Shown in pieces: positions 1-13,888 of a DNA stretch of 64,000 bases. The stretch is taken from assembly GCF_009914755.1 (NCBI RefSeq), contig NC_060930.1; one strand, given 5' to 3'. How positions within the stretch are numbered: position 1 is the first letter of the stretch; each line of letters opens with the position of its first letter. The stretch is from the human T2T-CHM13v2.0 reference genome, Homo sapiens. Under the pieces are notes generated by a model. The model ran no database searches and was not told where the DNA came from. It worked only from the letters and a program-made list of their open reading frames with translations. The translations under genes and the position numbers were made by a program.

Positions 1-447
1 GACTGACTCAGAAAACAATGATATACAACTGCTTTTGGTGGGGCCAGTTTCTTGTTCAGGATAATGCATTCCAGTGCCTATATGAGCCCAGGGCTGTGGT
101 TTTGGGGGTGCCTGTTTGACTCTAATGGATGCCATCAGACAACTCTTGTTCACAGGGTGGGAAATCTTCACTTTTCAGTGAAATCTTTGAATGCTGGGTT
201 AGAGACAAGGCACATGCAGGGTTGTCTAGTAATGCTAGAATACTAGGTATTCTAGTAATGTTTGCCATGCTTTCTCTCTTTCTGAAAGATATTAATCTCC
301 TTCTACATCCAGGGCACATTAACACACTGTCCAAAATTCCCAAGGGGAATAGAACTTTCTTTCCCCTGTCATTGGGAAAGCCAAATTTTCCCATAGAATT
401 CAGTATAGTGTTTGCTTACATGGATTACGGTGGTTACCATTTCCTAA

Positions 448-810
<363 letters not shown>

Positions 811-1429
811 CAGTTTTCTCATCTACACAGTGGGCATAATGATAGTATCTACCTCAAAGGAGTGTTGTGAAGATTGCGTTGGATAATATGTGTCAATCAT
901 GGATCATAGTGACCAATGCACAATATCAGTAAGTCATGACTATTAATGTCACTATGGTGATAGTGAAAGTGATTGCTACTACCCCTGCCAAGGAATAAAA
1001 GATCCCAGGCTCTGGGAAAAGTCCTACATTTCATTCCCATTTACTGGAGGAGCCCCCAGGACAGCCCTTTAACCTGGGCATTGGATGCCATTGGCCCAGG
1101 CCTTCTTGCAATTCTCTACCTGGCTACTGGTTCTACTGGCCACCTCAGACCTCTAGCCTGTGACAGCACAGCCACCCTCTCCCTGGCAGACATGCCACTC
1201 ACAAACAGGGCCCCAAGGGGCCCAGAGGGGACAGGGCTCTGCAAGACTCACTTTCTTCCCAGATGAGACTGTTGAATCCAAGTAAATGGGGCTGTGCTCC
1301 AGGAACTTGTGGGACTCCTTTGTCTAGAGTCATACACCTGAGCAGCCTCCCTGGTCCCATGAAGGTACTACTCCATCACCCACCCTTAATTCCTAGCCCT
1401 GCTCTTTGTGCCTATTTCTAATGAGGACC

Positions 1430-1795
1430 AGGAGGTAAGGAGGAGAGGAGAAGGAGGTGAGGAGGAGGGGGGGAGGAGAGGAGGAGAGGAGGTGAGGAGG
1501 GGAGGAGGAGGGGAGGAGAGGAGGAGGAGGGGAGGAGGGGAGGAGAGGAGGAGGAGGGGAGGAGGGGAGGAGAGGAGGAGGAGGGGAGGAGGAGGGGAGG
1601 AGGGGAAGAGGAGGGGAGGAAGAGAGGAGGAGAGGAGGAGGGCAGGAGGGGAAGAGGAGGAGGTGAGGAGGGGAAGAGGAGGAGGTGAGGAGGAGGGGAG
1701 GAGAGGAGGAGAGGAGGTGAGGAGGTGAGGAGGAGAGGAGGAGGGGAGGAGAGGAGGTGAGGAGGGGAGGAGGAGAGGAAGGTGAGGAGGATGGT
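1430..1795 (+). repeat. GA-rich polypurine low-complexity tract, (GGA)n-like
   Basis: About 365 bp of almost only G and A (gaggagaggaggaggagggga...). The ORFs here are low-complexity artefacts. Confidence 0.95.
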
Positions 1796-1946
1796 GGACA
1801 TGTGAGTACTGAGGCTCCCGGATCTCAGAATCCATGAAAGGCGGATTTGTAGCTGCTCCTCTTCCTCACACCTGCCAGTCACCATGTCCTGCAGATCTGC
1901 CTCCTAAGCACCTCTCAATTCACCACTTTTCTCCACTATAACTCTC

Positions 1947-2258
<312 letters not shown>

Positions 2259-3060
2259 GCTTTTTTAGAACCCAGCCTTGGTTCTGACTTGGTATCTCTT
2301 CTTCCAGCTGAACTTGAACAACTGCTGGAATGATGGATCAAAATCACTAGTCTCACCACTCATCCCCCTGCTTGAAATGCTTGGTTGGCTTCCTGAAGCC
2401 TTCAGAATGAAGTCCAGGGCTCTCCATCTGCCCTCTCCTCATTCTCCTTTGCAAAATGTTACTGATCTTCCTACAGCTGGGGAGCTTCCAGCTGCCACAA
2501 CAAGGCCACATGCACTGCTGAGCATAGAGGTTGCCAGACGGCTGTTCCTGCTCCTGCTCTTTTAGTCTCTCCTGCTGAGCCCTCAGATGCTGGTGTGCCC
2601 AGGTTCTTTATGGCTCTTCTCTCTTCCCCAGGAATTTCACCCAGACCCAAGCTTTAAATCTACAACAATTCAGCACCTAAATGGCTGTTTTCAGTCTATT
2701 AATCTGCCATTCACTTCCTCTTTCATTTATTAAATAAATCACCAAAGATTTATGGGGTTTCTTGCATACCAGGAAAGAAAGGGTAGGAAAAAAAGACCAC
2801 ATATAAAGTATTGAATAGTCTAATGAAGAGAACAGAACAATCACATAAGCAACAACAGAAAGACACTAAATGCCATAAGCAAGTTACATACAAGATCTGT
2901 GGAAGTTGGGAGAAGGCAGAAATTGTTTTATCGGTAGCATCAGGAAGGGTTTCTTGAAGAGGGAAGTTCATTCACTCAGCAGAAATTTATTGGACACCCA
3001 CTATGTCCCAGGCACACAGGCATTTAGGAGGGACCCAAAAGGGTGAATCGAATTTTGACT

Positions 3061-6000
3061 GGGTTGGAGGAACTACAGAGGGGTGGTGAAAAGGAGGATG
3101 GGGTTGGAGGAATTACAGAGCGGTGGTGAAGAGGAGGATGGGGTTGGAGGAACTACAGAGCGGTGGTGAAAAGGAGGATGGGGTTGGAGGAATTACAGAG
3201 CAGTGGTGAAGAGGAGGATGGGGTTGGAGGAACTACAGAGCGGTGGTGAAGAGGATATGGGGTTGGAGGAACTACAGAGCGGTGGCGAAAAGGAGGATGG
3301 GGTTGGAGGAATTACAGAGCAGTGGTGAAGAGGAGGATGGGGTTGGAGGAACTACAGAGCGGTGGTGAAGAGGAGGATGGGGTTGGAGGAACTACAGAGT
3401 GGTGGTGAAGAGGATATGGGGTTGGAGGAACTACAGAGCGGTGGTGAAAAGGAGGATGGGGTTGGAGGAATTACAGAGCAGTGGTGAAGAGGAGGATGGG
3501 GTTGGAGGAACTACAGAGTGGTGGTGAAGAGGATATGGGGTTGGAGGAACTACAGAGCGGTGGCGAAAAGGAGGATGGGGTTGGAGGAATTACAGAGCGG
3601 TGGTGAAGAGGAGGATGGGGTTGGAGGAACTACAGAGCAGTGGTGAAGAGGAGGATGGGGTTGGAGGAACTACAGAGCGGTGGTGAAGAGGATGGGGTTG
3701 GAGGAACTACAGAGCGGTGGTAAAAATGAGGATGGGGTTGGAGGAACTACAGAGCGGTGGTGAAGAGGAGGATGGGGTTGGAGGAACTACAGAGCGGTGG
3801 TGAAGAGGAGGATGGGGTTGGAGGAACTACAGAGGGGTCGTGAAAAGGAGGATGGGGTTGGAGGAACAACAGAGCGGTGGTAAAAATGAGGATGGGGTTG
3901 GAGGAACTACAGAGCGGTGGTGAAGAGGAGGACGGGGTTGGAGGAACTACAGAGCGGTGGTGAAGAGGAGGACGGGGTTGGAGGAACTACAGAGCGGTGG
4001 TGAAGAGGAGGATGGGGTTGGAGGAACTACAGAGCGGTGGTAAAAATGAGGATGGGGTTGGAGGAACTACAGAGCGGTGGTGAAGAGGAGGATGGGGTTG
4101 GAGGAACTACAGAGCGGTGGTGAAGAGGATGGGGTTGGAGGAACTACAGAGCGGTGGTAAAAATGAGGACGGGGTTGGAGGAACTACAGAGCGGTGGTGA
4201 AGAGGAGGATGGGGTTGGAGGAACTACAGAGCGGTGGTGAAGAGGAGGATGGGGTTGGAGGAACTACAGAGCGGTGGTGAAGAGGAGGATGGGGTTGGAG
4301 GAACTACAGAGGGGTCGTGAAAAGGAGGATGGGGTTGGAGGAACAACAGAGCGGTGGTAAAAATGAGGATGGGGTTGGAGGAACTACAGAGCGGTGGTGA
4401 AGAGGAGGACGGGGTTGGAGGAACTACAGAGAGGTGGTGAAGAGGAGGACGGGGTTGGAGGAACTACAGAGCGGTGGTGAAGAGGAGGATGGGGTTGGAG
4501 GAACTACAGAGCGGTGGTAAAAATGAGGATGGGGTTGGAGGAACTACAGAGCGGTGGTGAAGAGGAGGACGGGGTTGGAGGAACTACAGAGCGGTGGTGA
4601 AAAGGAGGACGGGGTTGGAGGAACTACAGAGCGGTGGTGAAGAGGAGGATGGGGTTGGAGGAACTACAGAGCGGTGGTGAAAAGGAGGACGGGGTTGGAG
4701 GAACTACAGAGCGGTGGTGAAGAGGAGGATGGGGTTGGAGGAACTACAGAGCGGTGGTGAAGAGGAGGACGGGGTTGGAGGAACTACAGAGCGGTGGTGA
4801 AGAGGAGGATGGGGTTGGAGGAACTACAGAGCGGTGGTGAAGAGGAGGACGGGGTTGGAGGAACTACAGAGCGGTGGTGAAGAGGAGGATGGGGTTGGAG
4901 GAACTACAGAGCGGTGGTAAAAATGAGGATGGGGTTGGAGGAACTACAGAGCGGTGGTGAAGAGGAGGATGGGGTTGGAGGAACTACAGAGCGGTGGTGA
5001 AGAGGATGGGGTTGGAGGAACTACAGAGCGGTGGTAAAAATGAGGACAGGGTTGGAGGAACTACAGAGCAGTGGTGAAGAGGAGGATGGGGTTGGAGGAA
5101 CTACAGAGGGGTCGTGAAAAGGAGGATGGGGTTGGAGGAACAACAGAGCGGTGGTAAAAATGAGGATGGGGTTGGAGGAACTACAGAGCGGTGGTGAAGA
5201 GGAGGACGGGGTTGGAGGAACTACAGAGCGGTGGTGAAGAGGAGGACGGGGTTGGAGGAACTACAGAGCGGTGGTGAAGAGGAGGATGGGGTTGGAGGAA
5301 CTACAGAGCGGTGGTAAAAATGAGGATGGGGTTGGAGGAACTACAGAGCGGTGGTGAAAAGGAGGATGGGGTTGGAGGAACTACAGAGCGGTGGTGAAGA
5401 GGAGGACGGGGTTGGAGGAACTACAGAGCGGTGGTGAAAAGGAGGATGGGGTTGGAGGAACTACAGAGCGGTGGTGAAGAGGAGGATGGGGTTGGAGGAA
5501 CTACAGAGCGGTGGTGAAAAGGAGGACGGGGTTGGAGGAACTACAGAGCGGTGGTGAAGAGGAGGATGGGGTTGGAGGAACTACAGAGGGGTCGTGAAAA
5601 GGAGGATGGGGTTGGAGGAACAACAGAGCGGTGGTAAAAATGAGGATGGGGTTGGAGGAACTACAGAGCGGTGGTGAAAAGGAGGATGGGGTTGGAGGAA
5701 CTACAGAGCGGTGGTGAAGAGGAGGATGGGGTTGGAGGAACTACAGAGCGGTGGTGAAAAGGAGGACGGGGTTGGAGGAACTACAGAGCGGTGGTGAAGA
5801 GGAGGATGGGGTTGGAGGAACTACAGAGCGGTGGTGAAGAGGAGGACGGGGTTGGAGGAATTACAGAGCGGTGGTGAAGAGGAGGATGGGGTTGGAGGAA
5901 CTACAGAGCGGTGGTGAAGAGGAGGACGGGGTTGGAGGAATTACAGAGCGGTGGTGAAAAGGAGGACGGGGTTGGAGGAACTACAGAGCGGTGGTAAAAA

Positions 6001-6441
6001 TGAGGATGGGGTTGGAGGAACTACAGAGCGGTGGTGAAGAGGATGGGGTTGGAGGAACTACAGAGCGGTGGTGAAGAGGATGGGGTTGGAGGAACTACAG
6101 AGCGGTGGTGAAGAGGAGGACGGGGTTGGAGGAACTACAGAGCGGTGGTGAAGAGGAGGATGGGGTTGGAGGAACTACAGAGCGGTGGTGAAGAGGATGG
6201 GGTTGGAGGAACTACAGAGCGGTGGTGAAGAGGAGGACGGGGTTGGAGGAACTACAGAGCGGTGGTGAAAAGGAGGATGGGGTTGGAGGAACTACAGAGC
6301 GGTGGTGAAGAGGAGGATGGGGTTGGAGGAACTACAGAGCGGTGGTGAAAAGGAGGATGGGGTTGGAGGAACTACAGAGCGGTGGTGAAGAGGGGGACGG
6401 GGTTGGAGGAACTACAGAGCGGTGGTGAAAACGAGGATGGA
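3061..6441 (+). repeat. 40-bp G-rich minisatellite (VNTR), ~85 copies
   Basis: Consensus GGGGTTGGAGGAACTACAGAGCGGTGGTGAAGAGGAGGAT with 37- and 38-bp variants; units are highly identical. Confidence 0.97.
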
Positions 6442-7049
6442 GGGGCTGAGGGAATAGTAGGTAAGGCAGCCAGCAAAGTGAATTGGTTCTATCTTCTGAC
6501 AACAGGGCCCTGGTTGTCCTCTCAGAAACTACTGCTTCCTCTTCACATAACTGGAGAAAGCTGACCTTTAGTCCCAGCTCCAGGACTGGGTCCTCAGTGG
6601 CTTAAGTCAATCAGCATTTCCCATCTTCCTGATCAGAGCCATTACTTCAGGGACAGGCTTGTAGCCCAGTTAGAATCAATGATGTTATAATACACAAGAG
6701 GCAAATACACAAGGCAAACCAGATAAATGAAGGAAAACTTGGATTCAGTGACTGGACCAAGTCTCGCCTGAAGTCGCTTTATTGTTTAAGCCATTTTTAG
6801 TTGGGTTTTTCTGTTACCTGTAACCTACAAAGTCCTGTAGACACAGTGAATCAAGATGTTGAGGCAGGAAAGCAGGGGAAGTCCAAGAAACTACAGGTTG
6901 TTCTAGAAGTTAAGCAACCAACAGGAGATAAATCTGCAAAGATAGATTTTTAAATCATTGTAATAACTCTTTAAATGTAATAATAGCAGCTATTATTTAT
7001 AGTGACCACTTATTTCATGTTAGGTATTCTTTTAGGTTGTATATGTTAA

Positions 7050-7400
7050 TTGATTTACTTGGTCCAATGAAATAGATGCTACCATTATCCCTCCTTTTTA
7101 ACAGATGTGGAAACTGAGGCATTGGATAGATTGACTTATCCAAGGTGGCACAGTTACTGAATGACAAAGCCAAGATTCACATCCTGTCTGAACTCTTAAA
7201 CATTATGCTGTTGTTTGTAGTTTTCAGTGAACTGTAAGAAGCTAAAAGCTGTAATCTTACAAGCTTTGGGGTCAGATTCAACTTCTTCCACTTTCTAGCT
7301 AGCATGACTTTGGAAAAGAATTTAACCTCTCTGAGTCCCAGGTTCTCCATCTATGTGACAAAACAGAGTTGCTGTCTGCAATGAAATAATGATGGAAAGA
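7050..7400. mobile_element. MIR SINE remnants (two fragments in opposite orientation)
   Basis: MIR core motifs acagatgtggaaactgaggc and tttaacctctctgagtcccagg...ccatct. Confidence 0.6.
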
Positions 7401-7860
7401 GCCCAGCACCACAGCGAGCACACAGCCAGGCTCCACTGCCTTCTCATGTTCCTGCCTCCTGCTGGGCCAACTCATTGTCCTGGATTCTGGGCCGGTTGGG
7501 TTAACATGAAGCTCCTTTCTTACCTTTGTTGACCTACAGTGGCTAACAAAACCCAGTTGCAGACCCGGGAGGAGCAAGAAGCACTTTCCTTTTATGTCTG
7601 CAGCCCTAAGTAATCCTCCTCCCAGAGTCTCCCAGAGAGGAGAGACTGTCAGCTGTGCCCCTCCCCTTAAGCCCACTGCTCTGTTTGGCTCTTGCTCATA
7701 GACATATGGCAGGGGCTTTGTCTTCAAATATGTCTGCTTTCAAGTTGAATACAACCATTGTCTGAGCCTGGGCCCTCCAGGAATTTACTGATGAGGGCAG
7801 GTTGATGACGGCACAGAATTTCAGTTGAAACTTTCCAGTTGGCTGGTTGTCAGCAGCTGA

Positions 7861-8222
<362 letters not shown>

Positions 8223-8459
8223 TGAGGAAGGTCCTGGACACTGTCCCCCACCTAGTCTGAAGACCCTCTTGGACATGTGGAGGCCCAGGGCATGGCTGTA
8301 AGGCTGGGGAGTGGAGTTGGGGTAGCCCACAGCTAACATGCGTGAACAGAATGAAGGGGGTAGCAAAGCAGGCAGGACCCACTGCATGGCTGCCCCAGGG
8401 CCTGAGTGACCAGGACACCCCAGGTGAAACAGAGTGGAATCTTGCTGCGGGCCTTCCTC

Positions 8460-9190
8460 TAACTTTTTGTTCTCGAATAGTCTTTGAGATTTATAGGGTA
8501 GTTGCAAAGATAGTACAGAGTTTCTATATATCCTCCACCCAGCTTCGCTAATGTCAAAATTCTGTGTAACCTTGGTACATGTACCAAAACTAAGAAATAA
8601 CATTGGTTCTGTGAGTCCATAGATGGTAATTAATAAACAAATAAATACAATTAAAATAAATAAAAATTAGCATAGACACGTGTCAAAACTAAGAATGAAC
8701 ATTGGCATATGTATCAAAACCAAGAATGAACATTGGCACGTGTATGAAAACTAAGAGTTTATGTTGACATTTGTATCAAAACTAAGAATTAACATTAGCA
8801 CATGTATCAAAACTAGCAGTTAACATTGGCACATCACCACTACTAAGCTCCAGACCATATTCAGATTTCACCCGTTCTTTTGCCCCAGGACACATCCAGG
8901 ACCCTGTGCTGCATTTAGTTGTTATGCCTTCTCAGGTACTCTGGTCTGTGACAGTTCCTCAGTCTTTCCTTGAATATCCCGTGAATTGGGTTTGTCTGTT
9001 GTTTCCTCATGATTAGATTGAGGTTGTGGGCTTTGGGGAAGAATGTGAGCTGCCCTTCCCAGGATAGCAATGTGACTTGGGTGATGTTAGCCTTCATCTC
9101 CTGGTTGAGGTGGGTCTGCCAGGTTTCTCCACTGTAAGTAACTAGTTTTTCTATTTAACATTCTGTTCTAAAGCCACTAAATCCAGCCCA
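8460..9190 (-). mobile_element. Old L1M (L1MC-like) 3' fragment containing a 31-bp x5 tandem repeat (8680-8833)
   Basis: gttgcaaagatagtacagagtttct... and aggtttctccactgtaagtaact resemble old L1M 3' ends; internal unit gtatcaaaactaagaatgaacattggcacat. Confidence 0.6.
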
Positions 9191-9788
9191 CACTCAGGGT
9201 TGGCGTGGAGAGGGAGCGAGGAAGGACTCACATGTATTGTTTGGAGTGCAGAGGCTTTTGAAAGCAAAAGATGTCTGTTTTGGGTGCCCCAGCTCAGACC
9301 ACTGCTTTAGAGAGAGTTTCCATGAGGCTTGGGGCCCTTCTGTGGGCTCACGTTTCTTCAGAACAGCTAATTCTGAACTTTGGCAATCCTGATTTGAGCA
9401 CTGTAGTGCCACCGGAGAGCTAATGAGAGACAGACAGAGAAGGTATGGCACGTGGAGCCATCCCCTACCCTCCCCCGGAGGGCGTACCATAGTGTGAGTG
9501 GAAAAGCCTGTTCTCCAAAGCACCTTCCCTGCTGGGCCCGGCTAACACAGGCCCTCAGCCCACTCCAGATCCCTCCCTGCTGGCATTCCCTGAAATCTGT
9601 CCCTGACCGTCAACCCCTCAGGAAGGTGGCCCTTCCCTACAAGACCCAAAGACCCCTGCATGACACTTAAGGCCTTCCAGGAAGCCTCCTGGCCTGTAGG
9701 CCCTTGAGACCCCCACTGGACCCTCCCTTTCTGTCCTGTTTTGTTTTCTGACTAAGCTTATCTCTCAGTTGTGGAACTGCAGTGCTAC

Positions 9789-9905
9789 CTGGGGTGGGAT
9801 GAGGGTCCCAATGAGAGAAGGGTCTGAAAACCTTAACCACCCAGAGTGGGCTCTCTGGGGTGGGATGAGGGTCCCGATGAGAGAGGGGTCTGAAACCCTT
9901 AACCA
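9789..9905 (+). repeat. 51-bp direct repeat, 2 copies 66 bp apart
   Basis: ctggggtgggatgagggtccc(a/g)atgagaga(a/g)gggtctgaaa(a/c)ccttaacca at 9789 and 9855. Confidence 0.9.
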
Positions 9906-10404
9906 GGAGTGTTTTCTTCTGGCCTCTTGGTATTATATTTGTCTCCTCAGTCACACCCCCCTGCCCCTGCTGTTTCTGAAACTCCCTGCCCCAGTGGTTC
10001 TAGTTCTGGTCTTGGATGACTCCCCACTGTCTGCTCACTGATGGAACCAGATGCCTCACTTTCTGCCTGTGGTTCCTGGTGTCGCTTTGTCTTCTCAGGC
10101 ACTTCCATGACCAAATCAACAAGTCTCCCTCAAAAACCATGTGGTGTGAGCAGCTGAGGCTCAGAGACAAGAGATCACCTGTCCCATGTCACATGGCCAT
10201 GTAGCCCCAATGCTTTTCTGCACAGGTAGGAGAGCTGGACCCATGCATTCACTCCACAAGCATTTACTGAACACTACTAAATGCCAGGCTCCCATCTACT
10301 AGATCAGAACAGAGAATGTCCGGCCCAAAAAGAACAAGCCCATGACCAAAAAGCAGGCATTGGCAAAGCAGAGTAGTACTGACCTCTCTGAGGAACCGTC
10401 ATTT

Positions 10405-13400
10405 CCCAGAGCCAAAGGGAATGAGAGGCATGTCCCATGGCCATCAGGAGAGGGAAATGAGGGATATGTCCCACGGCCATCAGGAGAGGGAAATAAGGAG
10501 TATGTCCTGTAGCCATTAGGGGAAGAAAAAGAGGGGCATGCACTGCAGCCTTCAGGAAAAGGAAATGAGAGGCATGTCCTGCAGCCATCAGGGAAGAAAA
10601 AGAGGGGCATGCACTGCAGCCATCAGGGGAAGGAAATGAGAGGCGTGTCCTGCAGCCATCAGGGGAAGGAAATGAGAGGCGTGTCCTGCAGCCATCAGGG
10701 GAAGGAAATGAGGGACATGTCCCACAGCCATCAGGAGAGGGAAATGAGAAGTATGTCCTGCAGCCATCAGGAGAGGGAAATGAGGAGTATGTCTTGCAGC
10801 CACCAGGGGAAGGAAATGAGGGGCATGTCCCACGGCCATCAGGGGAAGGAAATGAGGGACATGTCCCATCCCAGAGCCAAAGGGAATGAGAGGCATGTCC
10901 CACAGACATCAGGGGAAGGAAATGAGGGACATGTCCCACAGCTATCAGGAGAGGGAAATGAGGAGTATGTCCTGCAGCCACCAGGGGAAGAAAAAGAGGG
11001 GCATGCACTGCAGCCATCAGGGGAAGGAAATGAGAGGCATGTCCTGCAGCCATCAGGGGAAGGAAATGAGGAACATGTCCTGTAGCCATCTGAGGAAGGA
11101 AATAAGAGACATGTCCTGCAGCCATCAGGGGAAGGAAATGAGGGCCATGTTCTGCAGCCATCAAGGGAACGAAATGAGGGATGTGTTCTGCAGCCATCGG
11201 GGGAAAGAAATGAGGGACATGTCCTGTACCCATCAGGGGAGGGAAATGAGAGGCATATCCCGCAACCATCAGGGGAAGGAAATGAGGGACGTGTTCTGCA
11301 GCCATCAGGGGAAGGAAATGAGGGACATGTTCTGCAGCCATCAAGGGAACGAAATGAGGGATGTGTTCTGCAGCCATCAGGGGAAAGAAATGAGGGACAT
11401 GTCCTGTACCCATCAGGGGAGGGAAATGAGAGGCATATCACGCAACCATCAGGGGAAGGAAATGAGGGACGTGTTCTGCAGCCGTCAGGGGAAGGAGATG
11501 AGGGGCATGTCCCACAGCCATCAGGGAAAGGAAATGAGGGACATGTTCTGCAGCCATCAGGAGAAGGGACTGAGGAGCATGTCCTCCAGCTGTCAGGGGA
11601 AGGAAATAAGGGAACTGTCCTGCGGCCACCAGGGGAAGGAAATGAGGGACATGTTCTGCCACTGTCAGGGGATGAAAATGAGGGATATGTTCTGCAGCCA
11701 TCAGGGGAAGGGAATGAGGGGCATGTCTCACAGCAGGGGAAGGAAAAAAGAGGCATGTCCCACAGCCATCAGGGGAAGGAAATGAGGGACATGTTCTGCA
11801 GCCATGTGGGGAAGGAAATGAGCGACATGTTCTGCCACCGCCAGGGGATGAAAATGAGGGACATGTTCTGCAGCCATCAGGGGAAGGGAATGAGGGGCAT
11901 GTCCTACAGCCATCTGGGGAAGGAAATGAGGGACATGTTCTGCAGCCATCTGGGGAAGGAAAAGAGGGACATGTTCTGCCACCATCAGGGGATGAAAATG
12001 AGGGACATGTTCTGCAGCCATCAGGGGAAGGAAATGAGGAACATGTCCTGCAGCCATCAGGGGAAGGAAAGGAGGGGCATGTCCTGCAGCCATCAGGGGA
12101 AGGAAAGGAGGGACATGTTCTGCAGCCATCAGGGGATGAAAATGAGGGACACGTTCTGCAGCCATCAGGGGAAGGAAATGAGGGACATGTTCTGCAGCCA
12201 TCAAGGGAAGGAAATGAGGAACATGTCCTGCAGCCATCAGGGGAAGGAAAGGAGGGGCATGTCCTGCAGCCATCAGGGGGAGGAAATGAGGGACATGTTG
12301 TGCAGCCATCAGGAGAAGGGAATGAGGGGCATGTTCTGCAGCCATCAGGGGGAGGAAATGAGGGACATGTTGTGCAGCCATCAGGAGAAGGGAATGAGGG
12401 GCATGTTCTGCAGCCATCAGGGGAAGGAAATGAGGAACATGTCCTGCAGCCATCAGGGGAAGGAAAGTAGGGGCATGTCCCGCAGCCATCAAGGAAAGGA
12501 AATAAGGGACATGTTCTGCAGCCATCAGGGGAAGGGAGTGAGGGGCATGTTCTGCAGCCATCAGGGGAAGGAAATGAGGAACATGTCCTGCAGCCATCAG
12601 GGGAAGGAAATGAGGGGCATGTCCCACAGCCATCAGGGGAAGGAAAGGAAGGGCATGTTCTGTAGCCATCAGGGAAAGGAAATGAGAGACATGTTCTGCA
12701 GCCATCAGGAGAAGGGAATGAGGGGCATGTTCTGCAGCCATGAGAGAAAGGAAATGAGGGGAATGTACTGCAGCTATCTGGGTAAAATAATAAGGGTCAC
12801 ATCTGGCAGCCATCTGGGGGAAAGGGATAGGATATGTCCTGCAGCCATCTGGGAAAAGGAATAAGAGGCATGTCCTGCAACCAACTTGGGATGGGAATGA
12901 GGAGTATATCCTGCAGCCATCGGGGAAGGGAATGAAGGTCACATCCTGAAGCCATCTGGGAAAGGGAATGAAGGGCATGCCCTGCAGCAATGAGGGGTAC
13001 ATCCTGCAGCCATTGGGGCATAGAAATGAGGGGGCATGTCCTGCACCCATTAAGGGAAGAGAATCAGTGGCATGTCCTGCTCCCACTAGGGGAAGGGAAT
13101 GATGGGCACATCCTGCAGCCATCAGGGGAAGGGAATGATGGGCACATCCTGCAGCCATCAGGGGAAGGGAATGATGGGCATGTCCTGCAGCCATCAGGGG
13201 AAGGGAATGATGGGCATGTCCTGCACCCATCAGGGGAAGGGAATGATGGGCATGTCCTGCATCTATCATGAGAAGGGACTGATGGGCATGTCCTGCACCC
13301 ATCAGGGGAAGGGAATGGTGGGCACATTCTGCCCTCATTAAGGCAAGGGAATGAGTGGCATGTCCTGCCTCCACTAGGGGAAAGGAACGATGGGCCCATC

Positions 13401-13815
13401 CTGCAGCCATCAGGAGAAGGGACTGACCGGTATGTCTTGCACCCATCAGGAAAAGGGAATGATGGGCACATTCTGCCCCCATTAAGGAAAGGGAATGAGT
13501 GGTATGTTCCACACCCATCAGGAAAAGGGAACGATGGGCCCATCCTGCAGCCATCAGGAGAAGGGACTGACTGGTATGTCTTGCACCCATCAGGAAAAGG
13601 GAATGATGGGCACATTCTGCCCCCATTAAGGAAAGGGAATGAGTGGTATGTTCCACACCCATCAGGGGAAGGGAATGAGGGGCATGTCCTGCAGCCTTCT
13701 GGGGAAGGGAATGTGGGTCACATCCTGCAGCCATCAGGGGAAGGGAATGAAGGGTACATCCTGCAGCTGTCTGGAGAAGGAAATTAAATGCAAGTCCTGC
13801 AGCCACCTGGGAAGG
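10405..13815 (+). repeat. 36-bp diverged minisatellite, ~95 copies, carrying RRRCATGYYY decamers
   Basis: Consensus GGACATGTTCTGCAGCCATCAGGGGAAGGAAATGAG; 12-aa periodicity in the ORF track on both strands. Confidence 0.97.
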
Positions 13816-13888
13816 GGAGTTGGAATGAGTCCTAGGTCACCAAACAGCAGGCATCAAGCTTGTCCAGCTCCCCTCCAGTCTTCCAAGC

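Noticed and set aside
1386-1885. 149-, 106- and 155-aa ORFs rich in P/S/L or R/G/E
   Set aside because: They are translations of the GA low-complexity tract, with no supporting exon structure.
3061-6441. PRDM9 13-mer, Chi-like or ZNF143 motif in the 40-bp unit
   Set aside because: I found no match to CCNCCNTNNCCNC; GCGGTGG is not GCTGGTGG; ACTACA lacks the TCCCA half.
11728-13806. 692-aa ORF as a bona fide gene
   Set aside because: It has a GTG start, lies wholly within a tandem repeat whose unit lacks stops in that frame, and switches register internally. Kept only as a low-weight finding.
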